From: Bacteriovoracia bacterium
GTDB lineage: Bacteria > Bdellovibrionota > UBA1018 > CAIPTA01
Assembly (NCBI GenBank): GCA_050246755.1
Contig: JBFWVL010000001.1
Span: 160,001-224,000 of the forward strand
Reading direction: 5' to 3'
Length of the DNA: 64,000 bases
Shown here: one piece after another, positions 29,563 through 42,134 of the stretch
Layout of the letters: every line of letters begins with the position of its first letter
How positions within the stretch are numbered: the first letter of the stretch is position 1
Translations under genes and position numbers: made by a program
The notes under the pieces: model-generated
Databases searched by the model: none
What the model saw: the letters and a program-made list of their open reading frames with translations, nothing else
What the model was told of the DNA's origin: nothing

Positions 29563-30300
29563 GTGGGCAGCCCGAGAAACTTCATGATAGCCGAGGCGGA
29601 CGCCAAGCACTTGCAGCAGGTGCTCGGCATCTTGCGTGCGGCATTTCCCGATGCGATTCTCTCTCACGCGTCTGATGCTCGCTCCGCGCTTTTTAAAATG
29701 CAGAACGTTCCTCACCAAGTTTTGGTAACCACGGCGGGAGAGCTGGAAAAAAATGGCACCGGCCTCCAGCTCATCGATGCCGTCTCGCAGGATCCCGGCA
29801 TCCAAGTGGGAATCGTGGTACTGGCAACGGCGTCGATTCCCGAAAACTATACCCCGGAAATCCTCAGCGGGCGCCTCCACATCTGCGCCCGCCCGGTGCA
29901 GCAGGCTTCTTTCCTGCGTGCGATGGGCCACGCGCTCCATTATCGCCCCAACCAGTTCAGCGGAAGCTTTCAAATCCATTCGCTGCAGCCCGGAGAAATT
30001 TTGTTCCTCGAAGGCGATAGAGCGGAATTGGCCTTCCTCGTAAAGTCAGGAAAGCTCCGCGCCTCCAGATCCCGAGACGGAAAAGTTAGCGTGCTCGGTG
30101 AGATCTTACCGGGAGAATTCGTGGGGGAAATGGCGTATATCAACGGCGATCCCCGCTCCGCCGATGTGGAAGCCCTCGAAGGCTGCGAACTCATCCAAAT
30201 TCCCCTGAGCGTATTCGATAGCCTGCTCTTCACGAAACCAGCCTGGTCGATGGCGATGATGAAAACCCTCTCTAAGCGCCTAAAAACCGCCAACGATTAA
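29563..30300 (+). CDS. degenerate receiver domain plus cyclic nucleotide-binding domain protein
   Basis: C-terminal GEFVGEMA...PRSADV; N-terminal CheY-like region without the canonical Asp/Lys. Confidence 0.8.
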   Translation: MGSPRNFMIAEADAKHLQQVLGILRAAFPDAILSHASDARSALFKMQNVPHQVLVTTAGELEKNGTGLQLIDAVSQDPGIQVGIVVLATASIPENYTPEILSGRLHICARPVQQASFLRAMGHALHYRPNQFSGSFQIHSLQPGEILFLEGDRAELAFLVKSGKLRASRSRDGKVSVLGEILPGEFVGEMAYINGDPRSADVEALEGCELIQIPLSVFDSLLFTKPAWSMAMMKTLSKRLKTAND

Positions 30301-30401
30301 AGATATTATCAATTAAAATCAGCAACTTATATTACTTAATTTAAATGGTCAGCCATAGAGAAATTGCTTATACTAGAGAGTAGGATATCCGGGGGGATTT
30401 C

Positions 30402-31130
30402 ATGCGCTCTATCGTTTCCATCGCTCTCGCCGCTTCGCTGCTTGCCGCCGCCGCTCAGGCGCAGAGCATTCCTAATAGCCCCGGCTGGAAGCTCGATCGA
30501 ATGGAGAAAGACGCAGAAGAAACCGCGGAAGGCGTGGTTTTTGAATACGCCGACTATTTCGCGCTCTACCCGAACGATACCCGGCCCGCGATCACCATCG
30601 ACGGCGGAACCGCCACGCGGATCCTGAGCGGCCAAGCTACCGCCGAATCCATCTACTATGCTCGCACTAACGGCGCGGCCCTCGAGGCCGGCAAGCAGGC
30701 CGAAAGCACCTCGGGCAGCGGCGCTGTGGGCTGGCAGATCGCCGAATCCACCTACGTGCCCGCGGGGCAGGAGACCAATCCGGCCCGGGCACCCGCTTCG
30801 GCGCAAATAAATTATAATAATTTACAAGAAAGATCCGGTGCCTCGGCGAGCCCCGTGGCGGCTTTTGGTGGCGGAGCCGCTATGCCGGTAGGCGGGGCAA
30901 CCGGCGTGGCCTCCAGCGTCGCGGGCGGAAATGGGGTTACGATCTATAACCCGGGAGGCGGCGGAGCCATGGCGGCAGCTAGGCCAGTATACCCATCTTC
31001 CGCGCCCGACAAGACTGAACCCGCCGGGCCCCTTACCTACTCCCAGATGATCGATAAGGCCATGAGCTCGGCTAGCAGCAGCCTCTGCGGCCGCATGGGC
31101 GCCTATGCCGGCGCCGGGCAATGTAAATAG
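30402..31130 (+). CDS. secreted hypothetical protein
   Basis: RBS, signal peptide ending AAQA, Gly/Ala-rich tail with 2 Cys. Confidence 0.75.
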   Translation: MRSIVSIALAASLLAAAAQAQSIPNSPGWKLDRMEKDAEETAEGVVFEYADYFALYPNDTRPAITIDGGTATRILSGQATAESIYYARTNGAALEAGKQAESTSGSGAVGWQIAESTYVPAGQETNPARAPASAQINYNNLQERSGASASPVAAFGGGAAMPVGGATGVASSVAGGNGVTIYNPGGGGAMAAARPVYPSSAPDKTEPAGPLTYSQMIDKAMSSASSSLCGRMGAYAGAGQCK

Positions 31131-31146
31131 ACGCCAGCTGGTCTGC

Positions 31147-31668
31147 CTATTTGTCGAACTTGCATTCGTCATTATAGTAATTCATCGACATTTCCTGCAC
31201 CGGAGGACTACCCGCGATATTCAGGGAAAGCACCACGCGCGTGAAGCTAAACTTCATGTCGAAAATCTGGCGGGTATTCCTTTCCGTCACGAGATTGAGC
31301 GCTTCCACGTCGAGCCCGCCGATAGTACGGCGCTCTCCGCCCGCGCAGCTGATCAACCCTTCGCCGAAAGTTTTGCAGCGGCTGCGTGGAAAACGGAACT
31401 CGGTTTCCGTCCCAAGAAGCGGCAGCGTTTTAGCCTTGCGCTCGAGGTACGCCATATCGTTGGGAACGATGATGCCTTCGTGGATCGGCATATAAGCCGT
31501 GCCGTTATGGTGAAGAACCTTTAGCACCATTTCCTCGCCGCGGTCTTCCAGCATAAAGCTGGTAGTGGGCATAGCGGCTTTGCACGCGAAGCCGAATTTT
31601 TCGGCCGGTGCCTCACCCGCAACGGCGTGAACGCTAAGAAGAGAGAGAAGTAAGGAAAAAAGTTTCAT
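31147..31668 (-). CDS. secreted hypothetical protein
   Basis: GGAGG RBS, signal peptide, 4 Cys. Confidence 0.78.
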   Translation of the reverse strand: MKLFSLLLSLLSVHAVAGEAPAEKFGFACKAAMPTTSFMLEDRGEEMVLKVLHHNGTAYMPIHEGIIVPNDMAYLERKAKTLPLLGTETEFRFPRSRCKTFGEGLISCAGGERRTIGGLDVEALNLVTERNTRQIFDMKFSFTRVVLSLNIAGSPPVQEMSMNYYNDECKFDK

Positions 31669-31839
31669 GGAGCCTCCGTAAAAAAACCACCTGCTACTAG
31701 GCTAAATCTTTCCGCGAAGGCTGGCCAGAGCTCTTCTGACACAGTAGAGGGTAAGGCCCCCAGAAATCCCATGACTTTCGGCCGGAGAGAAATAAAATAG
31801 AGGCCGGGGGGAATTATAGATTCCCCGTTGGGGGAATTC

Positions 31840-33972
31840 ATGCGGCACATTGCTCTTTCGTTATTTTCATTACTCGTTCTATCGCAATGCAGCTGGCAAA
31901 ATAATCTGAGCCGCCTACCCGCTTCCGGTAAGAACATCCTCGATAAGAGCGGCTACCTCTACGACCCCAAAGACAAATCCTGCGACGGGTTTCCCCGCCT
32001 GCAGGTGGAAACGATGCCCGGCACTTGCCTCGGGCTCGTGCTTCCGCGCGACCGCGCCGTGAACCCGGGCACGAAGAAACCCCTCGTGATGCCGCGTACG
32101 CTGCAGGAAATCCCCGGAACCAAGGAATTCCTCCTCGTGGATATGGGCGGCTGGAAGGAAAACAACGGCGCACTCTACTGGCTGAAGCCAGACGCAGCCG
32201 GGCAGTATGGCCTCACCCCGCTAAAAATGGGACTAAATAAGCCGCATGGACTCGTGTTTCACTCCGACGGCTTCGTTTATCTCGGGGAAACGAATCGCAT
32301 CTCCCGCTTCCGCTTCACGGCCGGAAAAATGGGCGCCTGGGAACTAGTGATCGATCACCTTCCCCGCCCCAAGGGAGACATGCACCCGCTCACCCAGTTC
32401 ACTTTCGACGCCCGCAATAACGATCTTTTTTTGAATACCGGCGCCCCCACCGATCACTGCTACGTGAAGGAAAACGAAGGAAACTACGCAAACTGCCCCG
32501 AAGACACCGAGCAGGGCATGGGCGCCATCTATCGGATTCCCGGTGCCAAGCTGAAAACCATTCCCACGGGCGGGATCACCGTCATGGAGCTCACGGCCGC
32601 GGGCCTGCGCAATTCCATGGCGATGGCCGTGCATTCCTCGGGCACCCTGGTGCAGGGAGAAAATGGCCGCGACTTTCCGGAGCTCGAAGAGCCCTACGAA
32701 GAAATCAACGTAATCGAACCACGCAATCCCGGCTTCCACTACGGCTGGCCTTACTGTTTCGATTTTCACGGCGTCTCTCCCGAATGGCGTTTCGGCGAAA
32801 ATGCCACCGATCCACTGCGTAAGCGCTTCGATAAGCCCGTGGACTGCAGCCTCAAGGCGCCCAAAGAGCCCGGCCAATACCAGCCCCCCCACGCGCTCAT
32901 GCCGCCCCACGTGGCCCCGCTTCACGCTGGCTACTACCAAGGCGCGATGTTCGATAAATCGTTGAGCGGAAAACTACTCATGACCTGGCACGGCTACCAG
33001 CCCACCGGGCACCGCCTGGTGGCCTACGACGTAGACGAAAAAGGACGCCCGCGCACTACTTCCACCTCCGCCGGGCTTAACTATGCCTTCGATACCAAAG
33101 GCGGCTGCCCGGTGTCCCGCGCCTTCAACCCAATCGGCGGGGCCGACCGTTTCGCTCCCTATACCGAGGTGATCAGCCGCTGGGACGCTCAGCCCGGCCT
33201 GCGCCCCCGCGGCGCTCCCGTGGGATTCACGGTGGCTGCCGATGGATCTATTTGGATCGCCGAAGACAAAGAGAATCGTACCGTCGTGCGCTTGGCCCGC
33301 TCCGATGAGCCGCAAAAAACGGCGGACTGCGATCCCGCCAATTCTACGCAGAAGGACCCGCGGATCGAGTTGCTCGCGTGGAGAAATTATTTGGCCGGCA
33401 ATGCCCAGGCCAGCGGCGAATACGTGAAAATTCAGCAGAATCTCACCCAAAAATACTGCGCGGGTTGCCACGGAAATTTTGAGGAAAAAGATATTACCCT
33501 CGATAAATACTCGAATCTCGATTTTTTCGTCAAGAACGAGTGGATCAATCCCGGAAAACCGGAGCTAAGCAAACTCTACGCGGCCATTTCCCAGAGCGGC
33601 GAAACGCCGCCTATGCCGCCGGGAGGCTCGGCCCAATTTTTCGGCACCGCCGAGGGCGCCGCTATTCTCAAGCTCACGGCGAACTGGATCGCCTCGTTAC
33701 CGCCCAACATCGGCAGCACCATCAAGCGCGTCAAGCTCACGGAAATGCGCCGGGTCCGGAATCTCCCTACGAAGAAAAACTCTGTGGAGTGCGGGCAATT
33801 CGATGCCGGGGGCATCGTTTATTTGGAAAGCAATCCGAAACTAGAAATTCGCGCCGATGGGTTCGTGTGGGCAAAAACCTACGTATTGCCCGGCGATTCG
33901 CGCTTGTTCAAGCGAGCCTGCGCCTACCCCGCCGATGGGGTTTTCTATACGGCCCTACGCAGAAGTAAATAA
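31840..33972 (+). CDS. glucose/sorbosone dehydrogenase-type beta-propeller fused to c-type cytochrome
   Basis: GLRNSM, YGWPYC, PPHVAP, P.G.TVAADGSIW; CAGCH heme motif with a later MPP; lipobox-like LSQC. Confidence 0.85.
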   Translation: MRHIALSLFSLLVLSQCSWQNNLSRLPASGKNILDKSGYLYDPKDKSCDGFPRLQVETMPGTCLGLVLPRDRAVNPGTKKPLVMPRTLQEIPGTKEFLLVDMGGWKENNGALYWLKPDAAGQYGLTPLKMGLNKPHGLVFHSDGFVYLGETNRISRFRFTAGKMGAWELVIDHLPRPKGDMHPLTQFTFDARNNDLFLNTGAPTDHCYVKENEGNYANCPEDTEQGMGAIYRIPGAKLKTIPTGGITVMELTAAGLRNSMAMAVHSSGTLVQGENGRDFPELEEPYEEINVIEPRNPGFHYGWPYCFDFHGVSPEWRFGENATDPLRKRFDKPVDCSLKAPKEPGQYQPPHALMPPHVAPLHAGYYQGAMFDKSLSGKLLMTWHGYQPTGHRLVAYDVDEKGRPRTTSTSAGLNYAFDTKGGCPVSRAFNPIGGADRFAPYTEVISRWDAQPGLRPRGAPVGFTVAADGSIWIAEDKENRTVVRLARSDEPQKTADCDPANSTQKDPRIELLAWRNYLAGNAQASGEYVKIQQNLTQKYCAGCHGNFEEKDITLDKYSNLDFFVKNEWINPGKPELSKLYAAISQSGETPPMPPGGSAQFFGTAEGAAILKLTANWIASLPPNIGSTIKRVKLTEMRRVRNLPTKKNSVECGQFDAGGIVYLESNPKLEIRADGFVWAKTYVLPGDSRLFKRACAYPADGVFYTALRRSK

Positions 33973-34117
33973 TTTATGGCTGCGCCAAAATTCCGTCTGG
34001 TGATTTTTCGCTAACCTCACGCAATGCGCCATCACAAAACCAACAACTCCTCGTCGATAAATAGTGCTCAAAGCCCAATTTTATTGAACACAAAACATTT
34101 TCCCATATACTTTTCAG

Positions 34118-34840
34118 GTGCAATATAAAGTCTTGATCGTCGACGACGAAGATGATCACCAAAAAGTGGTCCGTAAGGTTCTAGACCGCAGTTGCCGTGT
34201 CGTGCAAGCGCTTACCCTCGCCGATGCCGATCGCGAATTGCTGAAGCAAAACTTCGATCTCATTTTGCTCGACGTCACACTGCCCGACGGGGACGGCTTC
34301 TCCTTCTACGCCAAATTGCGAACCCAAGAGCATACCGCCGACACGCCGGTGATGTTCGTGACTTCCCGATCCGACACCCCGAATGAAGTCATGGGATTTT
34401 CCCTCGGCGCGGAAGACTATATCGCCAAGCCCATCGACCCGCCGCGCCTTAAGGCAAGAGTAGAATCGCGCCTCAAGCTCATCAGCGAGCGTCGGCAGAA
34501 AGAAATGACCCTCTGTAAAGGAAACCTAAAGCTCAGTGTTTCTCTGCAAAAAGTTTCGGTGGTGAACGAGGGCCAGGAAATTCCGATCGACCTAACCCCC
34601 GTAGAGTTTAAGCTTCTGTTCCACCTCTTACGCCACGAAGACCAGGTTTTTTCCCGGGAGCAATTGCTGATCGCCGTCTGGGACAATGCTTCCGAGGTTT
34701 TCGATCGCACGGTGGACATGCACGTGAGCAAGCTCCGAAAAAAAATCAATCTTAGCGACTTCCAGATAAAGGCCGTGCACGGGCTAGGCTACCGTCTCTC
34801 CAAGGCCCCCATCCCTCCGGTGACGTTCCCCGCTAGCTAA
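34118..34840 (+). CDS. OmpR-family response regulator
   Basis: VDDE, LLDV.LPDGDG, KP, DRTVDMHVSKLRKK. Confidence 0.93.
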   Translation: MQYKVLIVDDEDDHQKVVRKVLDRSCRVVQALTLADADRELLKQNFDLILLDVTLPDGDGFSFYAKLRTQEHTADTPVMFVTSRSDTPNEVMGFSLGAEDYIAKPIDPPRLKARVESRLKLISERRQKEMTLCKGNLKLSVSLQKVSVVNEGQEIPIDLTPVEFKLLFHLLRHEDQVFSREQLLIAVWDNASEVFDRTVDMHVSKLRKKINLSDFQIKAVHGLGYRLSKAPIPPVTFPAS

Positions 34841-35532
34841 GCCGCTTTAGGGATATAAGAAACTGGTCGTTTCACGTTCAGCCAGGCGCCGTAAAGTAAT
34901 TTACTCTCCGGAGCCAGGTAAATGATCTCCACCCCCGCAAAAATTTGGCCGCTATGCCCACGCCTCACCCAGCGCACCACGCCTCTTCCCTCGAGTTTCA
35001 GGCATTGCTCGCCAAAGTCCACTCCCAACTGGAAGTCCACATCGGCCCCGATGCGGAGAGCGGGGCCAAATTCCACCTGAAAGCCTCCGCGGCCGATGGA
35101 ATTTTCCGGCAGATTGGCGTGGATCTCTACCATGCCGTCGCCATTGCTCTCTATTTTGTTACTGAATCCCACGTCTAAGGAACGCTCCACTACGCGTAGC
35201 AGGTCTTGCCGCTCAAATGGCTTGGAAAGGATCGCGGTAGCCCCGAGGTCGTATACCTCTTCCAGCGAGAGATCGGCGAATCCGCTCATGAAGATGATTA
35301 CCGGCAAAAAAGGATCCCGACGTTTGGTACATTTAATGAGATCGATCCCGTCACCGTCGCGCATCCTCACATCAGTCAATACTATGTCCACTGCTTCCAC
35401 CTCGAGAATCGCGAGCGCTTCGTTACCGCTAGCGGCCGAAAGCACGTCGTACCCGGCTTTCGTGAAAAGCGTGCATAGCCCTTTGCGCAGGATGTCTTCG
35501 TCGTCTACCACCAGTATTCTTTTACTCGCCAT
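34837..35532 (-). CDS. response regulator with C-terminal PilZ-like domain
   Basis: Receiver motifs; SIGRGG and G.VRW..G.E pattern. Confidence 0.8.
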   Translation of the reverse strand: MASKRILVVDDEDILRKGLCTLFTKAGYDVLSAASGNEALAILEVEAVDIVLTDVRMRDGDGIDLIKCTKRRDPFLPVIIFMSGFADLSLEEVYDLGATAILSKPFERQDLLRVVERSLDVGFSNKIESNGDGMVEIHANLPENSIGRGGFQVEFGPALRIGADVDFQLGVDFGEQCLKLEGRGVVRWVRRGHSGQIFAGVEIIYLAPESKLLYGAWLNVKRPVSYIPKAA

Positions 35533-35798
35533 CTGCGGTTTCCCCTCTCACCTTCCGTTGCCCATATAACCATCATCGGCCATAGCTGTGACGGGGATTT
35601 CTCGCAAATATTACCAATCCGTTACCTACGATCCCGAGTGATCCTCGAAGAAACGCGGAGCCCATTTGTAAACAAAACGAAATATTTCCATAGGAACTCC
35701 TATATATACGCCCCCGATACCAGCCCACGGCAACCGGTATTGGCGAAGAAATGGTTAAAACCTAAGTAAAAGCAGGCTTTTCTCCGATATATACCAGG

Positions 35799-38191
<2,393 letters not shown>

Positions 38192-38195
<4 letters not shown>

Positions 38196-38884
38196 AATTT
38201 CGCCACGAGCGCGGTGGTATACGTCGTATCGGTGTTTTTCGCATTCACCGGCTCATTGTCGTAACGAACCAAGTACGCTAGCTTCACCGCGAACACCGCG
38301 TTCAGCGCGAAGCTACTCGAGAATTCCCCATTGAGCAGCCAGTCCCGCGTGCGCGATAAGTTGGGTAAATACTCCAACCAAAGCTTAGAGCTGGCCGTTT
38401 CGCTCCAGCTGCGGCTCGCTTCCGTATAGGTACGCACCAGACTGTCACGGGCGCGCGAGCCATTCGTGCGATTCTCCATTTGGTAACGGTAGCCAAGCTC
38501 GGCAAACCACTCCCACTCCTTCTCCACGCGGTAGAGCCAGTGCTTCGCGCCCAAGTCGGAGGCGTATCTTTGCTGGTAGCCGGCGAAGCGGTCCGATTCG
38601 AGACTTTGCCCCAGGAAAACTCGCCACATTCTGCTCAGCTCTCGCTCGTAGCGGATCCCGAAATCCCAGCGCCGAGCGCTAAGCTGGCCCTGATTTTTCG
38701 CCTGGAGAAAGCTGCCCTTCACATGCGCCGAGTTGGCCGACCATTCGTAGTCGCTCGCCTGCTTGGCGCTTAGGCTTTGGGCTCGCGAATTCCCGGTAGA
38801 AATAATCACCCCGGCTTCACCCTCATTTTTCCATTCCGCCGCGAAGGTGGGAACGGCTAATAAAAGCAGAAAGAAGAATTTCAT
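38192..38884 (-). CDS. DUF481/YdiY outer-membrane beta-barrel
   Basis: TGN, DRF.G, YDNEP, terminal Phe. Confidence 0.85.
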
Positions 38885-38985
38885 CTTAGCTCAGTAACTT
38901 GGCCAAGGCGGAAACGTCAATATACGGCAACGCCGCCCCGCAGTACCCCTTCCCTTACTCGCCGAACTGCGTTAATCCCTTATCC

Positions 38986-39990
38986 ATGAGCCAACAAGCC
39001 TTTACCTACGACGACGTGCTTCTCGTTCCTAACTATAATAGCCATGAGTCCCGGCGCGCGGTGGATATTTCGATGAGCGATCGCTCGGGCAAGCTACGCC
39101 TCGATCTCCCCGTTTTCACCGCCAATATGGACTCGGTTACCGAGAGCGGAATGGCAAACTTCATCGGGGAGAAAGGCGGAATGGGCGTGCTCCACCGCTT
39201 TCTCTCGATTGAACAAAACGTGGAAGAATTCAAGAAGTGCTCCCATAAAACCTTCGTATCGATCGGCTGCTCCGAAGCGGATCTCGAACGAGCCGACGCC
39301 CTGCGCGCGGCGGGCGCAAATTATTTTTGCGTAGACGTGGCCCATGCCCACGGAAAATACGTGGGGAAAACCCTGAAGCGCCTCCGCGAATTCCTGCCCG
39401 ACGCCTGCCTCATGGCCGGCAACGTGGCCACCTACGCCGGGGCCGACTACCTCGCCTCCTGCGGAGCCGATATCATCAAAGTGGGAATCGGCGGCGGCTC
39501 CGTTTGTACCACGCGAATCAAAACCGGTTTCGGCGTTCCTAATCTCACGGCGATCAAAGAATGCGCAAAGGCCGACCGCTCCATTATCGCCGACGGCGGA
39601 ATCCGCACTCCCGGCGACGTGGTGAAAGCTCTCGCCTTCGGTGCCGACTTCGTGATGATCGGCGGAATGCTCGCCGGCACTCGCCCCACTCCAGGAAAGG
39701 TAATCGAGGCGAACGGCAAGAAAGCGAAGCAGTACCGCGGAATGGCGAGCTTCGAAGCGCAGCAGGATTTTTTAGGCGGAGTTCCCGAATGGAAAACCGC
39801 GGAGGGTGTGGCCGTTACCGTTCCCTACCGGGAAGACGAAGAGGCCATCATCGCGGACATCGTGGGTGGCTTACGCTCGGGCTTAACCTACGGCGGAGCG
39901 GCCACCATTAAGGAACTGCAGCGTAAGATGAATTACGTGATCGTGACGCAGGCGGGACGGATTGAAAGCATGGCGCATAAGGCGCTTTAA
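38986..39990 (+). CDS. guaC: GMP reductase (IMPDH/GMPR family, no CBS domains)
   Basis: TYDDVLLVP, ANMD, GIGGGSVCTTR, ADGG, YRGMAS; lacks the IMPDH flap Arg-Tyr dyad. Confidence 0.78.
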   Translation: MSQQAFTYDDVLLVPNYNSHESRRAVDISMSDRSGKLRLDLPVFTANMDSVTESGMANFIGEKGGMGVLHRFLSIEQNVEEFKKCSHKTFVSIGCSEADLERADALRAAGANYFCVDVAHAHGKYVGKTLKRLREFLPDACLMAGNVATYAGADYLASCGADIIKVGIGGGSVCTTRIKTGFGVPNLTAIKECAKADRSIIADGGIRTPGDVVKALAFGADFVMIGGMLAGTRPTPGKVIEANGKKAKQYRGMASFEAQQDFLGGVPEWKTAEGVAVTVPYREDEEAIIADIVGGLRSGLTYGGAATIKELQRKMNYVIVTQAGRIESMAHKAL

Positions 39991-39996
39991 TCCATT

Positions 39997-40177
39997 GTCG
40001 GTTGGCCGTTTGCGGTTATCGGTTAGCAGTGGGCGGCTAAAACAAAGCGGATGCGGATCTGATTCCGCCTTCTGTTCTCGGAAAAGAATTCTGATTGCCG
40101 AATCGGATCCGAAATCCAGCCCGATTCCGATTTCCGCGTTCCCACCGCCAACCGCAAACAGCCAATCGCCAACTGAC
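39997..40177. repeat. imperfect ~37-bp inverted repeat built from 7-mer units, with internal hairpins
   Basis: Left arm 39997-40033 is an imperfect reverse complement of 40141-40177 (AACCGCC-like heptamers). Confidence 0.7.
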
Positions 40178-40711
40178 CTACCCCTGCATCACCCCGATAT
40201 ACGGCAATTCACGGTAGGCCTGGGCGTAATCGAGGCCGAATCCGATCACGAACTCATTGCCGATGGAAAACCCTACGTATTCCACCTTCACGTCCACCTT
40301 GAGGGCCGCGGGCTTTTGCAAAAGCGAGCAGCAGGCGATCGACGCGGGATTTCTCACCTGAAAAAGATCGCGGATATATTTCAGGGTCAGGCCCGTGTCC
40401 ACGATATCCTCCACGATCAAAACGTCGCGGCCATCGAGCGGTGCCGTTACGTCGAGGGCTAATTTCACTTCACCCGAAGAAGTTTTTTCGTTGCCGTAAC
40501 TCGAGCAAGAAATGAACTCCACTTTCACGGGAACCTTCACCGCTCTCACGAGATCCGCGAAAAACAGGAAGCTGCCCTTCAGCACGCAGATCATGGTGAG
40601 CTCGCGCCCTTGATAATGGGCATTGATCTCCGCGGCCAATTCTGCCACGCGCTTAGCGATTTGTTCTTCGGAAATAAGTACGCGAATATTGGGTTTCATG
40701 GGCCCTTTCAT
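40178..40711 (-). CDS. hpt: hypoxanthine phosphoribosyltransferase (copy 2)
   Basis: VLKGSFLFFADL, VLIVEDIVDTGLTL, VIGFGLDY. Confidence 0.94.
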   Translation of the reverse strand: MKGPMKPNIRVLISEEQIAKRVAELAAEINAHYQGRELTMICVLKGSFLFFADLVRAVKVPVKVEFISCSSYGNEKTSSGEVKLALDVTAPLDGRDVLIVEDIVDTGLTLKYIRDLFQVRNPASIACCSLLQKPAALKVDVKVEYVGFSIGNEFVIGFGLDYAQAYRELPYIGVMQG

Positions 40712-40785
40712 ATGCCAAATAACCCTATAATTCCAGCGAACAAATCACCCTTCCCACTCAGGCGGGATTGCGGTATCCCTTTTGG

Positions 40786-41466
40786 ATGACTGCGCTTCGT
40801 AGCCGCTCCGAGCTTTTGGCCTGGATCCAGCAGAATCCGAAACTCAAGCCCTTGCTCGACCACATTTCCCAGCAAAACAGCGATGATTCCGCTCACGACC
40901 TCGCCCATTTGCTCCGGGTCGGTCTTTGGACCATGGAATTAGCGGGCTCCGCCGTGGAGCGCGAAGAGGCCGCCGCCGCCGCCCTCCTTCACGATCTGGT
41001 AAATATTCCCAAAGATCATCCCGATCGCGCGAAAGCCAGCGAGTTTTCGGCTAAAGCCGCGGTTCCCCTCCTGGAAAAATCGGGCTTCTCTTCCGAAGCC
41101 ATTACTCGCGTCACGGAAGCCATCCGGGATCATTCCTTCAGCCGGGGAGCTATTCCCGCCTCTCCACTGGGTAAAGCCCTGCAGGACGCTGATCGCCTCG
41201 AGGCCGTGGGCGCGATCGGCTTGATGCGGGTTTTCTCTACCGGCGTTCGCATGGGCGCCCGTTATTTCAATCCCGAAGACCCTTGGGCGAAAAATCGCCC
41301 CCTCGACGATAAAGCTTTTTCGGTAGACCATTTTTTCACGAAACTGCTTCGCCTCACTCCCTCGTTTCATACCGAGCTCGGGAAAAAAGAAGCCGCCCGC
41401 CGCACCGCCGTGCTGGAGAAATTTCTGGTGGATCTAGGAACCGAGATTGGGGAGCCCCAGCCATGA
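40786..41466 (+). CDS. HD-domain phosphohydrolase (YedJ-like)
   Basis: AHD..H..RV, LLHD, HSFS, QDADRLEA.GAIG. Confidence 0.9.
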   Translation: MTALRSRSELLAWIQQNPKLKPLLDHISQQNSDDSAHDLAHLLRVGLWTMELAGSAVEREEAAAAALLHDLVNIPKDHPDRAKASEFSAKAAVPLLEKSGFSSEAITRVTEAIRDHSFSRGAIPASPLGKALQDADRLEAVGAIGLMRVFSTGVRMGARYFNPEDPWAKNRPLDDKAFSVDHFFTKLLRLTPSFHTELGKKEAARRTAVLEKFLVDLGTEIGEPQP

Positions 41467-42134
41467 GACTGCTCGTAGTGGAAGACGAAAAGAAAATGGC
41501 CGGCTTTCTAAAAAAGGGCCTGATGGAAGCGGGCTATTCCGTGGACCACGCCGCCACGGGTACCTCCGCCGAGGCCCTCGCCAGCGAAAACATCTACGAC
41601 TGCATCGTGCTCGACGTAATGCTTCCCGACCAAACCGGCTTCGATACCGCCACCAATCTCCGCCGCGAGGGTTATGCCGGCCCGATTCTTTTCCTGAGCG
41701 CGCTTTCCGGCACCCGCGATAAGGTACGCGGACTCGACGCCGGCGCCGACGACTATTTGACCAAGCCCTTCTCCTTCGACGAACTGCTCGCCCGGGTGCG
41801 CGCCCTGCTCCGCCGGCAGAGCGACACGAAGAGCACCGTGATCCGTTTTGCCGAGATCGAGCTCGATCTCGTGAAGCGGAAAGTGCAGCGCGCCGGGCGG
41901 GAGCTCGATCTCACCGCCAAGGAGTTCGCGCTGCTCGAATATTTCATGCGCAATCCTAATAAGCCGCTTTCCCGCACCTCCATCGCAGAACACGTCTGGG
42001 ACGTGCACTTCGATTCCGACTCCAACGTGATCGACGTGTACGTGAATATGCTGCGGAAAAAACTGGGGCAAAAAGAGGAGAAACGCCTGATCCATACGAT
42101 CGTGGGCGTCGGCTATGTACTTCGCGAAGATTAA
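41463..42134 (+). CDS. OmpR-family response regulator (CusR/CzcR-like)
   Basis: MRLLVVEDE, GADDYLTKPF, SNVIDVYV. Confidence 0.93.
   Translation: MRLLVVEDEKKMAGFLKKGLMEAGYSVDHAATGTSAEALASENIYDCIVLDVMLPDQTGFDTATNLRREGYAGPILFLSALSGTRDKVRGLDAGADDYLTKPFSFDELLARVRALLRRQSDTKSTVIRFAEIELDLVKRKVQRAGRELDLTAKEFALLEYFMRNPNKPLSRTSIAEHVWDVHFDSDSNVIDVYVNMLRKKLGQKEEKRLIHTIVGVGYVLRED

Noticed and set aside
38986-39990. guaB (IMP dehydrogenase)
   Set aside because: No CBS domains and no flap Arg-Tyr dyad; GMP reductase fits better but is unproven
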